Shown here: positions 18,884 to 29,082 of the stretch, one piece after another
Numbering within the stretch: position 1 is the stretch's first letter
How the letters are laid out: each line of letters starts with the position of its first letter
From: an uncultured Bacteroidota bacterium
GTDB taxonomy: Bacteria; Bacteroidota; Bacteroidia; UKL13-3
Direction: 5' to 3'
Assembly (NCBI GenBank): GCA_903883965.1
Contig: CAISCU010000008.1
Location: 3,405-67,404 of the forward strand
DNA length: 64,000 nucleotides
Notes under the pieces: model-generated
The model's database searches: none
What the model saw: only the letters and a program-made list of their open reading frames with translations
What the model was told of the DNA's origin: nothing
Made by a program: the position numbers and the translations under genes

Positions 18884-21085
18884 CTAATTGGGAACTTTCA
18901 TTTCTTTTAACAAATGTTTAGCCCCTGCAACTTTGTCCAATACCCAACAAACATAACGGATATCAACCGCTACACTTCTCGAGTAAGATTCGTTCCAAGC
19001 ATAATCATTGATAGTAGCTGTATAAGCCCGGTCAAAATTCACCCCAACCAAGTCTCCATTTTCATCCATAACAGGGCTGCCACTATTGCCACCAGTTGTA
19101 TCTAAATTGTAAAGAAAATCAACTGGCAAATCACCTAAATCAGGATGTAAATATTGACCGTAGTCTTTGGCCAAATACAAATCTTTAATGAGTTGCATCA
19201 ATTCAAAATCTTTGCCATCCTCTTTTTCAATGACTCCTTTGAGCGTGGTAAATGGTTTGTTCCAAATTGCATCGTTAGGTGCATATCCTTTTACATTGCC
19301 ATAAGTAAAGCGGAGCGTTCCATTTGCATCAGGAATAAAAGAAGCTTGTTTGAATTCACTTTTGGCATCTACATATTTTGCCAATAAACTATTTAATGCG
19401 GCATCTCTTTGTTTGTCTTGATCGTCGTATTGGTTCACTTCTTCATTCATTAAATGAATCCATTTCATCAATGGCAATTGAATGTGCATGATTTTTTCAT
19501 TTGAATCAGCCAATAATTGATTCATTTTGGTATCATTCAATTGAATAGCATTGTCAAATAATTGTGCAATGGCTTTGCTCCTTGCTGCTTTATCTGAATA
19601 TTTTTGAAAGAATTGATTAACCGTTGCAACTCGGTTAGCAGAGTTGTATTGGTAAGCTTCTTCAAACAATTTCTCTATCAATGGCTTTTCTAGAACTGGG
19701 TCCATTTGAGCAAACAATTTTTGATACAGTTGTTTCAAACGAGGAACCTGTTTTGCCAAGAATGCGGCTTTTTCTTCTTTAGTTTTAATTTTAGAAAAGG
19801 CTGTCTGGTAATTGTCTATGGCAGCTAAAAACTGAAAACTTGGAGACATACCATATAAGTAATCATAAAATAAATTTCTTGGTGCAAATTGAATAATTTC
19901 ATCATACAATTTATTGATGGAAGGAATGAGGTTGCCGTATTTCTTTTTGCGCGATTCATCTTGGTTGATAAAATCTTGCATGAGCTGCTCATCAATTTCT
20001 TTGTTTTTAGTAAGACCAACCCTTCTAAAACCTTGCAATTTGCCTTCATAATTCTTGGCTGTATTGGCCAAACTTTTAATGCGAGCAGCGTATTTCAATT
20101 CCATTAACTCGTTGCCAGTTCCTAATTGTTGCATATAATTGATTTGCCAATTGTACAATTCACTTACATATTTTAATAAGTATTGTTCGTGGTATTTATA
20201 AAATGCAGCAGGTTGGTTTCTAAATGTTCTGCCTGGATAGCCTAAAATAAAAACAAAATCATTTTCTTTAATGCCTTTGATATTGATGTTTAAATGCTTT
20301 ACGGGTTTATAAGGTACATTTTCAAGGTTATAGTTGGCTGCGCTTCCATCTTTACCTACGTAGGCTCTCAAAAAAGCAAAATCACCACTGTGTCTTGGCC
20401 ATACCCAATTGTCTTTCTCTCCTCCATATTCACCTATGCTTCTTCCAGGAACATAAACCAATCTCACGTCTTTTAGCAATTGGTAACGGAACAACACATA
20501 AGTTCTGCCTGTAAACATTTCAGAAACCTCGCATTGCAATTGAGGGTGTAATTTGTTTTCAGTTTCAGTTAAATTTTTAATGTTATCAGAAATGATTTTT
20601 AAGCGAATCATAGGGTCATTGGTAACCTGGGTTCCCATCAACACTTTTGCACTTACATCTTCATAACTGGCTGTAATTTTACAAACCAAACCCTTTGCAG
20701 GAACTTCTTCTTGACGGGATTTGGCTAAAAACCCTTTGTCTACATATTTATTTTGGGTATCGCTAATGGCATGTACAAAACTAAAAGCACAATGGTGATT
20801 GGTAACAATTAATCCATCGTCAGAGACAAAAGAACCGGTACAACCGCCCACTCTTACAATGGCATCAATTTGGCTAATACCTTGCGGATTGTATAAAGCC
20901 ATAGGGTCCATTTTAAGACCTATTTTTTTCAATTCTAATTGTTTGATTTCAGACAGCGGAAACATGCCTTCATCTGGACTGACTAATTTTGCAGCAGTGA
21001 ATATGACCAACACTAAAATTGCGGTCAGAAAGGTGTAGAACTTATTCATGAAACGAATATAAACCGGAGTGTGGTCAAAATTCAA
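18884..21085 (-). CDS. S46 family peptidase (dipeptidyl-peptidase 7/11-like)
   Basis: Catalytic triad contexts 'VTNHHC' and 'GGNSGSPV'; ~730 aa. Signal peptide 'MNKFYTFLTAILVLVIFTAA' suggests a start at ~21049. Confidence 0.8.
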   Translation of the reverse strand: MNFDHTPVYIRFMNKFYTFLTAILVLVIFTAAKLVSPDEGMFPLSEIKQLELKKIGLKMDPMALYNPQGISQIDAIVRVGGCTGSFVSDDGLIVTNHHCAFSFVHAISDTQNKYVDKGFLAKSRQEEVPAKGLVCKITASYEDVSAKVLMGTQVTNDPMIRLKIISDNIKNLTETENKLHPQLQCEVSEMFTGRTYVLFRYQLLKDVRLVYVPGRSIGEYGGEKDNWVWPRHSGDFAFLRAYVGKDGSAANYNLENVPYKPVKHLNINIKGIKENDFVFILGYPGRTFRNQPAAFYKYHEQYLLKYVSELYNWQINYMQQLGTGNELMELKYAARIKSLANTAKNYEGKLQGFRRVGLTKNKEIDEQLMQDFINQDESRKKKYGNLIPSINKLYDEIIQFAPRNLFYDYLYGMSPSFQFLAAIDNYQTAFSKIKTKEEKAAFLAKQVPRLKQLYQKLFAQMDPVLEKPLIEKLFEEAYQYNSANRVATVNQFFQKYSDKAARSKAIAQLFDNAIQLNDTKMNQLLADSNEKIMHIQLPLMKWIHLMNEEVNQYDDQDKQRDAALNSLLAKYVDAKSEFKQASFIPDANGTLRFTYGNVKGYAPNDAIWNKPFTTLKGVIEKEDGKDFELMQLIKDLYLAKDYGQYLHPDLGDLPVDFLYNLDTTGGNSGSPVMDENGDLVGVNFDRAYTATINDYAWNESYSRSVAVDIRYVCWVLDKVAGAKHLLKEMKVPN

Positions 21086-21112
21086 CTACATGAATAGAAT
21101 GTGTATATTATC

Positions 21113-22162
21113 TTATAAAGTAGAACGTGTTAAGGTAAACCCAAATGTGGTTCCGGCTCCTTCTGTACTGCGTACGTTTACAGCTTGGTTATGGGCTTCT
21201 ATGATGTGTTTAACAATGGCTAAACCCAATCCAGTTCCTCCATTTTCATTGTCTCTAGCCCTGCTTTTTTCGACCCTATAGAAGCGTTCAAAAATACGAG
21301 GTAGGTGTTCTTGAGCAATGCCTTCTCCATTGTCAGCTATTTCTATCAATAGATTTTCATCCATGTCGTAATAAGCAGCGGTGATAGTTCCTCCGTCAAT
21401 ACCGTATTTAATGGCATTGGTAACTAAATTAACCAATACTTGTCTAATTCTATATTTGTCTGCTTCTACATAAAATGGTTTGTTACATCCATCTTTTATG
21501 AGCAATACTATGTGTTTACGCTTGGCTTTTTCTTCCAATTGTTCATACACATCTTTGACCAATGAGTTGATATCGAAACGCTCAATTTCCATAACCAATT
21601 CACCGCTCTCAAGCTGACTAATTGCCAATAAATCTGCAACCAAATCACTGAGTCTTGCTGCACTTTTTGCGGCTCTTTGTAAAAAACGAACGTTTACTTC
21701 AGGGTCGGACATAGCACCATCCAAAAGGGTATGCAAATAGCCTTGAATATTGAAAATTGGCGTTTTTAATTCATGAGAAACATTTCCTAAAAACTCCTTT
21801 CTAAAATCTGCCAATCTTTTCAATTGATCAATCTCCATTCGGTTGTCTCTAGCCCATTTAATCACTTCTTTGTTCATTTCAACTATTGGATCTTTGTCCC
21901 AATCAAAGTTTTTTAAAACTGCATCGTATCGCTGAGTTTTTAAACTGTGAATGGTTTTGTAGATTAATTTGATTTTGCGGTATATAAAATATTCAAGTGA
22001 ATAAAAGTAAAGAAAAAAGGAAAGCCCAAATGTTAAGGTAATGACAATTGCAGTATTGATCCATACATTTTCAGTTAACACAAAACTTACACTGCCCACA
22101 CAAATTGCTAGAATTGCGGAAATAAGCGAGGCTATGTTAATTGGTTTTGGGTTTCTGGTCAT
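21113..22162 (-). CDS. sensor histidine kinase (HisKA/HATPase_c)
   Basis: H-box 'GNVSHELKTP'; N, G1 and G2 boxes 'DNGEGI', 'GGTGLGLAIV'. Confidence 0.85.
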   Translation of the reverse strand: MTRNPKPINIASLISAILAICVGSVSFVLTENVWINTAIVITLTFGLSFFLYFYSLEYFIYRKIKLIYKTIHSLKTQRYDAVLKNFDWDKDPIVEMNKEVIKWARDNRMEIDQLKRLADFRKEFLGNVSHELKTPIFNIQGYLHTLLDGAMSDPEVNVRFLQRAAKSAARLSDLVADLLAISQLESGELVMEIERFDINSLVKDVYEQLEEKAKRKHIVLLIKDGCNKPFYVEADKYRIRQVLVNLVTNAIKYGIDGGTITAAYYDMDENLLIEIADNGEGIAQEHLPRIFERFYRVEKSRARDNENGGTGLGLAIVKHIIEAHNQAVNVRSTEGAGTTFGFTLTRSTL

Positions 22163-22839
22163 ATTTCAAATTTATAGCCTACGCCTTTTACAGTTCCTAT
22201 ATAATCGTCTCCTAATTTTTCTCTGATTTTTCTGATGTGAACGTCAATGGTTCTATCTACAACCAATACTTCATCGCCCCATACTTTTTCAAGAATATAA
22301 TCACGGGTAAAAACTTTACCTGGTTTAGATGCAAGTAGAAATAAGAGTTCAAATTCCTTCCTGGCCAATTGTATTTTTTCTGTACCTCTGTATACCAAAA
22401 ATGAATCACGGTCTATGGTGATGTCACCAACTATTAATTTAGTTGAGGCAGTTTCTTCTTTTTCTTTTCTTCTTAAGATGGCATTGAGCCTGGTAATTAG
22501 TACTTTTGGCTTGATTGGTTTGGCAATGTAATCATCAGCTCCAGCCTGAAAACCTGCTATTTCAGAGTACTCTTCAGCTCTTGCCGTTAAAAACACAATG
22601 AAAGTTTTAGCAAATTCCGGTAAACTTTTTAGGTGAGCGCAGGTTTCAATGCCATCCATTACTGGCATCATTACATCTAGTAAAATCAAATCTGGCTTGA
22701 AAGTTTTTGAGACCTCAATGGCTTGTGCACCATTGAATGCAGTAGCTACCAAGTACCCTTCCTTTTTAAGGTTATAGGTGATAAAATCTAAAATATCCGA
22801 TTCATCGTCTACAACCAAGATTTTACGCGCTGTTTCCAT
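22159..22839 (-). CDS. OmpR-family response regulator
   Basis: Receiver 'ILVVDDESDILD...LILLDVMMP' plus a winged-helix trans_reg_C domain. Confidence 0.9.
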   Translation of the reverse strand: METARKILVVDDESDILDFITYNLKKEGYLVATAFNGAQAIEVSKTFKPDLILLDVMMPVMDGIETCAHLKSLPEFAKTFIVFLTARAEEYSEIAGFQAGADDYIAKPIKPKVLITRLNAILRRKEKEETASTKLIVGDITIDRDSFLVYRGTEKIQLARKEFELLFLLASKPGKVFTRDYILEKVWGDEVLVVDRTIDVHIRKIREKLGDDYIGTVKGVGYKFEI

Positions 22840-22912
22840 TTGTTTTTTTTTGTAAAATTGGACTTGTTAGATTTTACTACCGTTAGGGCAGGGTTAAATT
22901 AATGTTAACCGA

Positions 22913-24040
22913 TTAAAAGCCGAATAATTCAAATAATTTCGTTTCCAACTGCTTTCCTCTTAATGATTTTCCAATAATTTTACCGTCTTTGTCAACTAAA
23001 ACTGTAAATGGAATGCCATCTATGCTGTATTGTTTGACAACAGAACTGTTCCATTTTAACAAATCTGAACCATGGTTCCACAACAATTTGTCTTGATTAA
23101 TGGCATCTATCCAAGCACTTCTGTTGTCATCTAAACTCACACCCAACACATCAAAACCTTTGCTTTTATATTTATTGTACAATTTAACCACATTTGGGTT
23201 TTCATCTCTACAAGGTTTACACCAACTGGCCCAGAAATCAACTAAAACAACTTTTCCTCTCAAAGCAGATAATGAAATGTTTTTACCAAAAGGATCATTT
23301 AAAACAATATCCGGAGCCATCGCACCAACAGCTGTCCGTTTTAAATCTTCAACTTTTTGGTGCAGTTGAACCGCATATTTACTTGTAGAAAATTCCTTGT
23401 ACAATTGTTGGTCAACCTGTGATAGGAATTCAAAATCGTCTTCAGGAATCAAAAAATTAGTAGCAAAATAAGGTACAATTGAATGCTGTAAATTGCCAAT
23501 ATAGGCCCTCATAGTCAATACATGGTTGCGCCTGAGGCTATCATATTCGAATCTAATTTGCTCTTGAACAGAAACAGGTGGAACCCCTTCTCCCAATTGG
23601 GCGTATTTACTTTCTAGTTGTTGAACTGCTTGCATAAATTGCCCGTTCATTTGATACAATTCTTTGAGTTCATCGTTTTCTTTAGAACCTTTTAAATTGT
23701 ATTGAAGGGTAGAATCAGGCGCAACGTCTAATTCTAAACGGCTATTGGTATCTAACACCATTAACACATCACCGTTATTGAGCCTCACAATACAAAACAG
23801 TTTTTCTTTGATATTGCCTTCAAATTGAAAACTCCCGTCTGGTTTAACCAATGCTGTATCTATGTTGATCAGACCGTTGGTAGTGAGTTCCTGAATGCTC
23901 AATACATTGTTTTTATAGGTAACAGGTAATTTACCTTTGAGTAGAAAACCCGATTGTACTTCATCTTGAATGTTGTCTGAACAAGCAGTCAACAGCATGT
24001 TAAAGGCCAAAAACAGATACAGGTATTTAAATTTATGCAT
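22913..24040 (-). CDS. TlpA/ResA-like thiol-disulfide oxidoreductase lipoprotein with N-terminal DUF4369-like domain
   Basis: Lipobox 'LLTAC'; thioredoxin 'WASWCKPC'. Confidence 0.8.
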   Translation of the reverse strand: MHKFKYLYLFLAFNMLLTACSDNIQDEVQSGFLLKGKLPVTYKNNVLSIQELTTNGLINIDTALVKPDGSFQFEGNIKEKLFCIVRLNNGDVLMVLDTNSRLELDVAPDSTLQYNLKGSKENDELKELYQMNGQFMQAVQQLESKYAQLGEGVPPVSVQEQIRFEYDSLRRNHVLTMRAYIGNLQHSIVPYFATNFLIPEDDFEFLSQVDQQLYKEFSTSKYAVQLHQKVEDLKRTAVGAMAPDIVLNDPFGKNISLSALRGKVVLVDFWASWCKPCRDENPNVVKLYNKYKSKGFDVLGVSLDDNRSAWIDAINQDKLLWNHGSDLLKWNSSVVKQYSIDGIPFTVLVDKDGKIIGKSLRGKQLETKLFELFGF

Positions 24041-25502
24041 GGTGATCGAGTGTGTTTTTTAACAATTGACTGGTTAATTTAGGGTCTGCCTTGCCTTTAC
24101 TCATTTTCATTACTTCACCCATAAATAGTCCCAATAAGCTTTCTTTACCGGCTTTGTATTCTGCTACTTTACTTGGGAACTTTTCTATTGATTGGTTGAT
24201 CCAGGTTTGCAATTCATCAGAATTACTTTCTTGTAGCACATTTAATTTTTCAGCAATTTGGAGTGGACTCAAATGGTGTTCGTTGATCATCTCAGGAAAT
24301 ACTTTTTGAGCAGCAACACTGTGACTCACCTTGCCTTCATCAATGAGGTTAATTAAATCGGCAATACGAGAAGCTTGAACCGAAAAATCTTTGATTTCTA
24401 GCGCTTGTTCATTTAAGTACCCTTTGATACCAACCATAACCCAATTTGCAGCAGCTTTGATATTGCTGGTATGCTTTAGAATTGATTCAAAATAAGCAGC
24501 AATGTCTTTGTTCTCTGTTAATACATTCGCATCGTATTCATTCAAACCAAATTGCAAGGTGTATTTTTCAAACAAGGCTTTAGGTAGTTCTGGCATGAGC
24601 GCTTTAACCCCTTCAATGTAATCGGCACTTACATGCAAGGGTGGCAAATCTGGCTCAGGAAAATACCTGTAATCGCTTGCTCCTTCTTTGCTACGCATGC
24701 TAATGGTAATTCCTTTTAAGGCGTCAAAAGAACGGGTTTCTTGGGCTATTCTTTCACCTGTTTCTATGCAAATAATTTGCCTTCTAATTTCAAAATCAAT
24801 GGCTTTTTGAACATTGCGCATAGAGTTCATGTTTTTCACCTCTACTTTGGTTCCAAATGCTTTACTGCCTTTTAATCGAACCGAAATATTTGCATCGCAA
24901 CGCAAACTGCCTTCTTCCATGTTGCCATCGCAGATTTCTAGATAACGGACCAATTTTCTCACTTCGCTTAAATAAGCATAAGCCTCTTCACCACTAGCTA
25001 TTTCAGGTTCTGTTACAATTTCTATGAGCGGTACTCCTGCCCTATTTAAATCAATTAAAGTATCGTACACATCTTGGTCGTGCATACTCTTACCGGCATC
25101 CTCTTCCATGTGAATTCTGGTTAGGGTAATATTTTTAGGAGCCTGGTCTTTTAATTTAATGGCAATATAGCCTCCGGTACAAATAGGAGTTTTGTCTTGT
25201 GTAATTTGATAGCCCTTTGGTAAATCTGCGTAAAAATAATTTTTACGGGCATAATACTGATAAGATGCAATATTGCATTGACAAGCCAAACCCATTTTTA
25301 TGGCATTGTTCACCACTTGTCTGTTGTGCATGGGCAATGTTCCTGGGTGTCCTAAACTGATCGGACTCACTTGGGTGTTGGGTTCAGCACCATAATCATA
25401 CGGATCTGTACAATATGCTTTACTTTTAGTAAGCATTTGGGCATGTACTTCCAATCCAATGACTGGTTCATATTTTTCAAAATCGATGTCTAACTCGGTC
25501 AT
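24033..25502 (-). CDS. gatB: Asp-tRNA(Asn)/Glu-tRNA(Gln) amidotransferase subunit B
   Basis: 489 aa, conserved GatB N-terminal and GAD-like regions. Confidence 0.9.
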   Translation of the reverse strand: MTELDIDFEKYEPVIGLEVHAQMLTKSKAYCTDPYDYGAEPNTQVSPISLGHPGTLPMHNRQVVNNAIKMGLACQCNIASYQYYARKNYFYADLPKGYQITQDKTPICTGGYIAIKLKDQAPKNITLTRIHMEEDAGKSMHDQDVYDTLIDLNRAGVPLIEIVTEPEIASGEEAYAYLSEVRKLVRYLEICDGNMEEGSLRCDANISVRLKGSKAFGTKVEVKNMNSMRNVQKAIDFEIRRQIICIETGERIAQETRSFDALKGITISMRSKEGASDYRYFPEPDLPPLHVSADYIEGVKALMPELPKALFEKYTLQFGLNEYDANVLTENKDIAAYFESILKHTSNIKAAANWVMVGIKGYLNEQALEIKDFSVQASRIADLINLIDEGKVSHSVAAQKVFPEMINEHHLSPLQIAEKLNVLQESNSDELQTWINQSIEKFPSKVAEYKAGKESLLGLFMGEVMKMSKGKADPKLTSQLLKNTLDHHA

Positions 25503-25576
25503 GACTTTTATTTAGAGTTACAAAAATAACAATTTTCAGCCAAAAATGAGTGTTTATCTTTGATAGATTTAGGCCA

Positions 25577-26881
25577 TTAATTGCTATTTGACTGTACCCT
25601 TTTTGCACCAATTAGTTCGTCGTAATTGTATTGTAGATTGCGGGCATATACCAAAATCAGGTATTCGTTTTCGGTTTGAGAATGGTTACCTTCAATGTCA
25701 ATATCATCGGGTTGTTCTTCTTTGTTTTTTAAAGCATATGCATACTCGTAACGCCCTTGTTTAAGCGGAACTTCTAAGTCATAGCGTTGTCTGTTTCTGT
25801 TAAAATACATTTTGTATTCGGGCAAACATTTCCAATCAGTAAATTCACCAATTACATATACGTCTTGCCCATCTCCTGTGGTGCCATATGCATTGAGGTA
25901 AAAATTTACAAAGGCATAATCTCCATCAATGTCTGATTGAAAGCCTTCTTTGTTTTGCAATATTTGCCGGCCATTGTAATCTACATATTGAAAATACTGG
26001 TTAGATGCCCTGCTTTCGTCAATATTTAAAATGACATGCCAAGCCGTATCTAAGCGTTTACTCCTTACGTTGATACTGTATTGTTTGAGGTTTCGGATAT
26101 CGAAATAACGAAATTCATTTCTTCCATCAAACAAGCTGTTGTCTGGGTAAGTATATTCTAATTTTTGATTGCTCGAAAACATGGGCTTTAAACCGGTTAA
26201 GGCGTTGTCCCATCGGTAATTTTGTAATACAACCACTTTCACGTCTTCTAACGGATTCACTACCTGACTGGGATTGTAATTTACAGAAAACAAAACTTCT
26301 TGTTTGGTATATCTGAACTGGGGCAAAGTTGCAATTTTGGCTGTTGCATCAACACTGCTGGTTCTTTTAATGAGCATACATCTCCTTTGAAGCAATAAAT
26401 CAGTTTCATCAAAATTCCTGAATACTTTTAAAATATAATTACCGGCCCAAATTGGCTTCATGTTTTCATTCGGAAAAACCACATTGTAATGCACATATTT
26501 GATGTATGTATTGGTAGAAAATTTAAAGTCAGAAATATTGTCAAATTGCATGCCTTTGATGTATTCGAATTGATTGAGCGTGCTAGGATTCCATGCAGCA
26601 TCACAAAGGGTTAAAGAGTATTGTAGGTTCTCTGATTGTGCACCCAACAAATCAAAACTCAATTTCAATTGTTCGGCATCAAACGTAATAATAGGATAAC
26701 GGTCATCGGTATTGTTTTTATACAATTGAACCGATTTTACCCTGCTGTCAAATATTTCATTTGAAAGCGCTGCAGTACTCATTTTTACTAAAAAAATCAA
26801 CTGCACAATGAATATGAATTTGAAGAATTTAACCATATTATTCTTTCCAAAGTGAAGGAAAAAGCATGTATGCCAATCCAA
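25577..26881 (-). CDS. secreted hypothetical protein (DUF5103-like; C-terminal beta-sandwich)
   Basis: Signal peptide at the internal Met 'MVKFFKFIFIVQLIFLV'. No catalytic motifs. Translationally coupled to the upstream permease. Confidence 0.45.
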   Translation of the reverse strand: MDWHTCFFLHFGKNNMVKFFKFIFIVQLIFLVKMSTAALSNEIFDSRVKSVQLYKNNTDDRYPIITFDAEQLKLSFDLLGAQSENLQYSLTLCDAAWNPSTLNQFEYIKGMQFDNISDFKFSTNTYIKYVHYNVVFPNENMKPIWAGNYILKVFRNFDETDLLLQRRCMLIKRTSSVDATAKIATLPQFRYTKQEVLFSVNYNPSQVVNPLEDVKVVVLQNYRWDNALTGLKPMFSSNQKLEYTYPDNSLFDGRNEFRYFDIRNLKQYSINVRSKRLDTAWHVILNIDESRASNQYFQYVDYNGRQILQNKEGFQSDIDGDYAFVNFYLNAYGTTGDGQDVYVIGEFTDWKCLPEYKMYFNRNRQRYDLEVPLKQGRYEYAYALKNKEEQPDDIDIEGNHSQTENEYLILVYARNLQYNYDELIGAKRVQSNSN

Positions 26882-27575
26882 TCAGTAATCCGTTAAAAAT
26901 AAACAAAACCAATATATCTTTTCCAATTTGAGAGGGGTCGGTTCCATCCATGGCTCTTTTACATGCTTTGATTAAAATCAATAACAAGGGAATAATCACT
27001 GGCAAACTCAATACTGGCATTAACATATTGCTATTTCCAGCTTTAGACGCTATACCCGATAAAAGGGTAAATGTTGCTGAAAAACCAATACAACCTAGCA
27101 AAGTAGCCGTTAAATAATAGCCAATGAATGCAACGGGATTACCCATGAGAATTGAATAAAACAACAAACAAACCAAGGCAATGAGCGCATTTAAAAAAGC
27201 ATGGTAAATGAATTTTGCAATTAATAAATTTTGCGGCTGAATGAGTTGGTGGTAATACAAATTTTTACCCTTTGACTCTGCAATGAAACTTTTAGAAATG
27301 GATTGAATAGACACAAATACCATAATGAGCCAATAAATGGCATTCCATGCTGGGTTACTCAAAATTTTTGCAGCCAAATAAACAATCAGTACTGATGCCA
27401 ATACTTGCAATAAAATGCCGTTTATGGCATAGCGTTGCCTCCATTCGGTAAGGAGCTCTTTTCTGATAAATTGTTTGATTTGATGTGTTGACATGTAGGA
27501 GGTAAAAATAACCAAAAGCACAGACTTGCACAAAATTGCATACAAACATCTTTCGGAAAATGTATTTTTGTTCAA
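26838..27575 (-). CDS. CcmB-like ABC-2 type permease (heme-exporter B family), start likely at 27494
   Basis: 'VLSLPVIIPLLLILIKACKRAMDG' resembles the CcmB C-terminal 'LPLTIPLLIF..AAMD' region; 6 TM. Confidence 0.45.
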   Translation of the reverse strand: MNKNTFSERCLYAILCKSVLLVIFTSYMSTHQIKQFIRKELLTEWRQRYAINGILLQVLASVLIVYLAAKILSNPAWNAIYWLIMVFVSIQSISKSFIAESKGKNLYYHQLIQPQNLLIAKFIYHAFLNALIALVCLLFYSILMGNPVAFIGYYLTATLLGCIGFSATFTLLSGIASKAGNSNMLMPVLSLPVIIPLLLILIKACKRAMDGTDPSQIGKDILVLFIFNGLLIGLAYMLFPSLWKE

Positions 27576-27598
27576 ATTCGTGCTTAATTGTAAGATTG
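27567..27598 (+). promoter_or_regulatory. candidate Bacteroidota sigma-A promoter (TTTG -N20- TAAGATTG) immediately upstream of accC; implies a near-leaderless transcript
   Basis: Matches the -33 TTTG / -7 TAnnTTTG consensus with one mismatch. Confidence 0.3.
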
Positions 27599-27602
27599 TA
27601 AA

Positions 27603-29081
27603 ATGAAAAAAATACTAGTAGCCAATAGAGGAGAAATTGCACTGCGTGTCATGAGGACAGCTAAAGAAATGGGTATTCAAACAGTTGCCGTTTTCAGTGA
27701 AGCTGACAGAAAAGCATTGCATGTAAGGTATGCAGACGAAGCAGTTTGTATTGGCCCCCCTCCTAGTAGCCAAAGTTATTTATTGGGTGATAAAATCATA
27801 GCTGTTGCCAAACAAACAGGGGCAGATGCCATTCATCCAGGTTACGGATTTTTGAGTGAGAATGCTGACTTTGCCAGAAAAGTTGCTGCTGCCGGTTTAA
27901 TTTTTATTGGCCCATCTCCTGAATCAATGGAGAAAATGGGCGATAAAATCAGTGCCAAACAAACAGTTTCAGGATTTGATGTACCATTGGTTCCCGGAAC
28001 TAAAGAAGCATTGAATGACATAGCATTGGGCAAGAAAATTGCCGATGAAATAGGATACCCAGTTTTGATCAAGGCCTCTGCTGGAGGAGGAGGTAAAGGA
28101 ATGCGCGTAGTAGAAAATGCAGACGGATTTGAGTCAGCTATTCAAATGGCGCAATCAGAAGCATTGAATGCCTTTGGTGATGACAGTGTTTTCATAGAAA
28201 AATATGTGGGGTCTCCAAAACACATTGAAATTCAAATTTTAGGTGACCAACATGGCAATATTGTCTATTTGTTTGAAAGAGAATGTAGCATTCAAAGAAG
28301 ACACCAAAAACTCATTGAAGAAGCACCATCTAGTTGTTTAACTCCAGAAATCAGAAAGAAAATGGGCGAAGCGGCAGTAAACGTTGCTAAGGCCTGTAAT
28401 TATTATGGGGCAGGAACCGTTGAGTTTTTAGCAGATGAACAACTCAATTTCTATTTTTTAGAAATGAATACCCGTTTGCAAGTTGAACATCCAGTAACTG
28501 AACAAATAGTTGGTTTAGACTTAGTTAAAGAACAAATTAGAATTGCCAATGGTGAAAAATTGGGTTATTCACAATCTGATTTACACATTCATGGCCATGC
28601 CATTGAACTGCGGGTTTGTGCAGAAGACCCAATGAATAATTTCTTACCCGATATTGGTAAATTGGTATCCTATAAAACTCCTCAAGGTTATGGTGTGCGG
28701 GTAGATGATTCTTTTGAGGCTGGTATGGAAATACCAATTCAATACGACCCAATGATTGCCAAATTAGTTTGTTTTGGCAAAACAAGAGAAGAAGCTATTA
28801 ACAGAATGAAAAGAGCCATTGCAGACTACCAAATAACTGGTATTGAAACAACCTTACCATTTGGACAATTTGCTTTGAACCATCCAGCTTTTGTTGAAGG
28901 ACATTTTGACACTAAATTTATTGACACCTATTTTAAACCTGAATTGCTCCAAAACGCAAGCGAAAATTTAAATGAAGCAACTGCTTATTTGAGTGGTTAT
29001 TTATACAATAAAAAATCTAAATTAGAAGCGGAACAGACTGGTCAAACTACTATCAGTAACTGGCGTATACAGAGAAAATAA
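27603..29081 (+). CDS. accC: biotin carboxylase (acetyl-CoA carboxylase AccC-like), with ~40-aa C-terminal extension
   Basis: ATP-grasp 'GYPVLIKASAGGGGKGMRVV'; biotin carboxylase C-domain. Confidence 0.85.
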   Translation: MKKILVANRGEIALRVMRTAKEMGIQTVAVFSEADRKALHVRYADEAVCIGPPPSSQSYLLGDKIIAVAKQTGADAIHPGYGFLSENADFARKVAAAGLIFIGPSPESMEKMGDKISAKQTVSGFDVPLVPGTKEALNDIALGKKIADEIGYPVLIKASAGGGGKGMRVVENADGFESAIQMAQSEALNAFGDDSVFIEKYVGSPKHIEIQILGDQHGNIVYLFERECSIQRRHQKLIEEAPSSCLTPEIRKKMGEAAVNVAKACNYYGAGTVEFLADEQLNFYFLEMNTRLQVEHPVTEQIVGLDLVKEQIRIANGEKLGYSQSDLHIHGHAIELRVCAEDPMNNFLPDIGKLVSYKTPQGYGVRVDDSFEAGMEIPIQYDPMIAKLVCFGKTREEAINRMKRAIADYQITGIETTLPFGQFALNHPAFVEGHFDTKFIDTYFKPELLQNASENLNEATAYLSGYLYNKKSKLEAEQTGQTTISNWRIQRK

Positions 29082-29082
29082 C

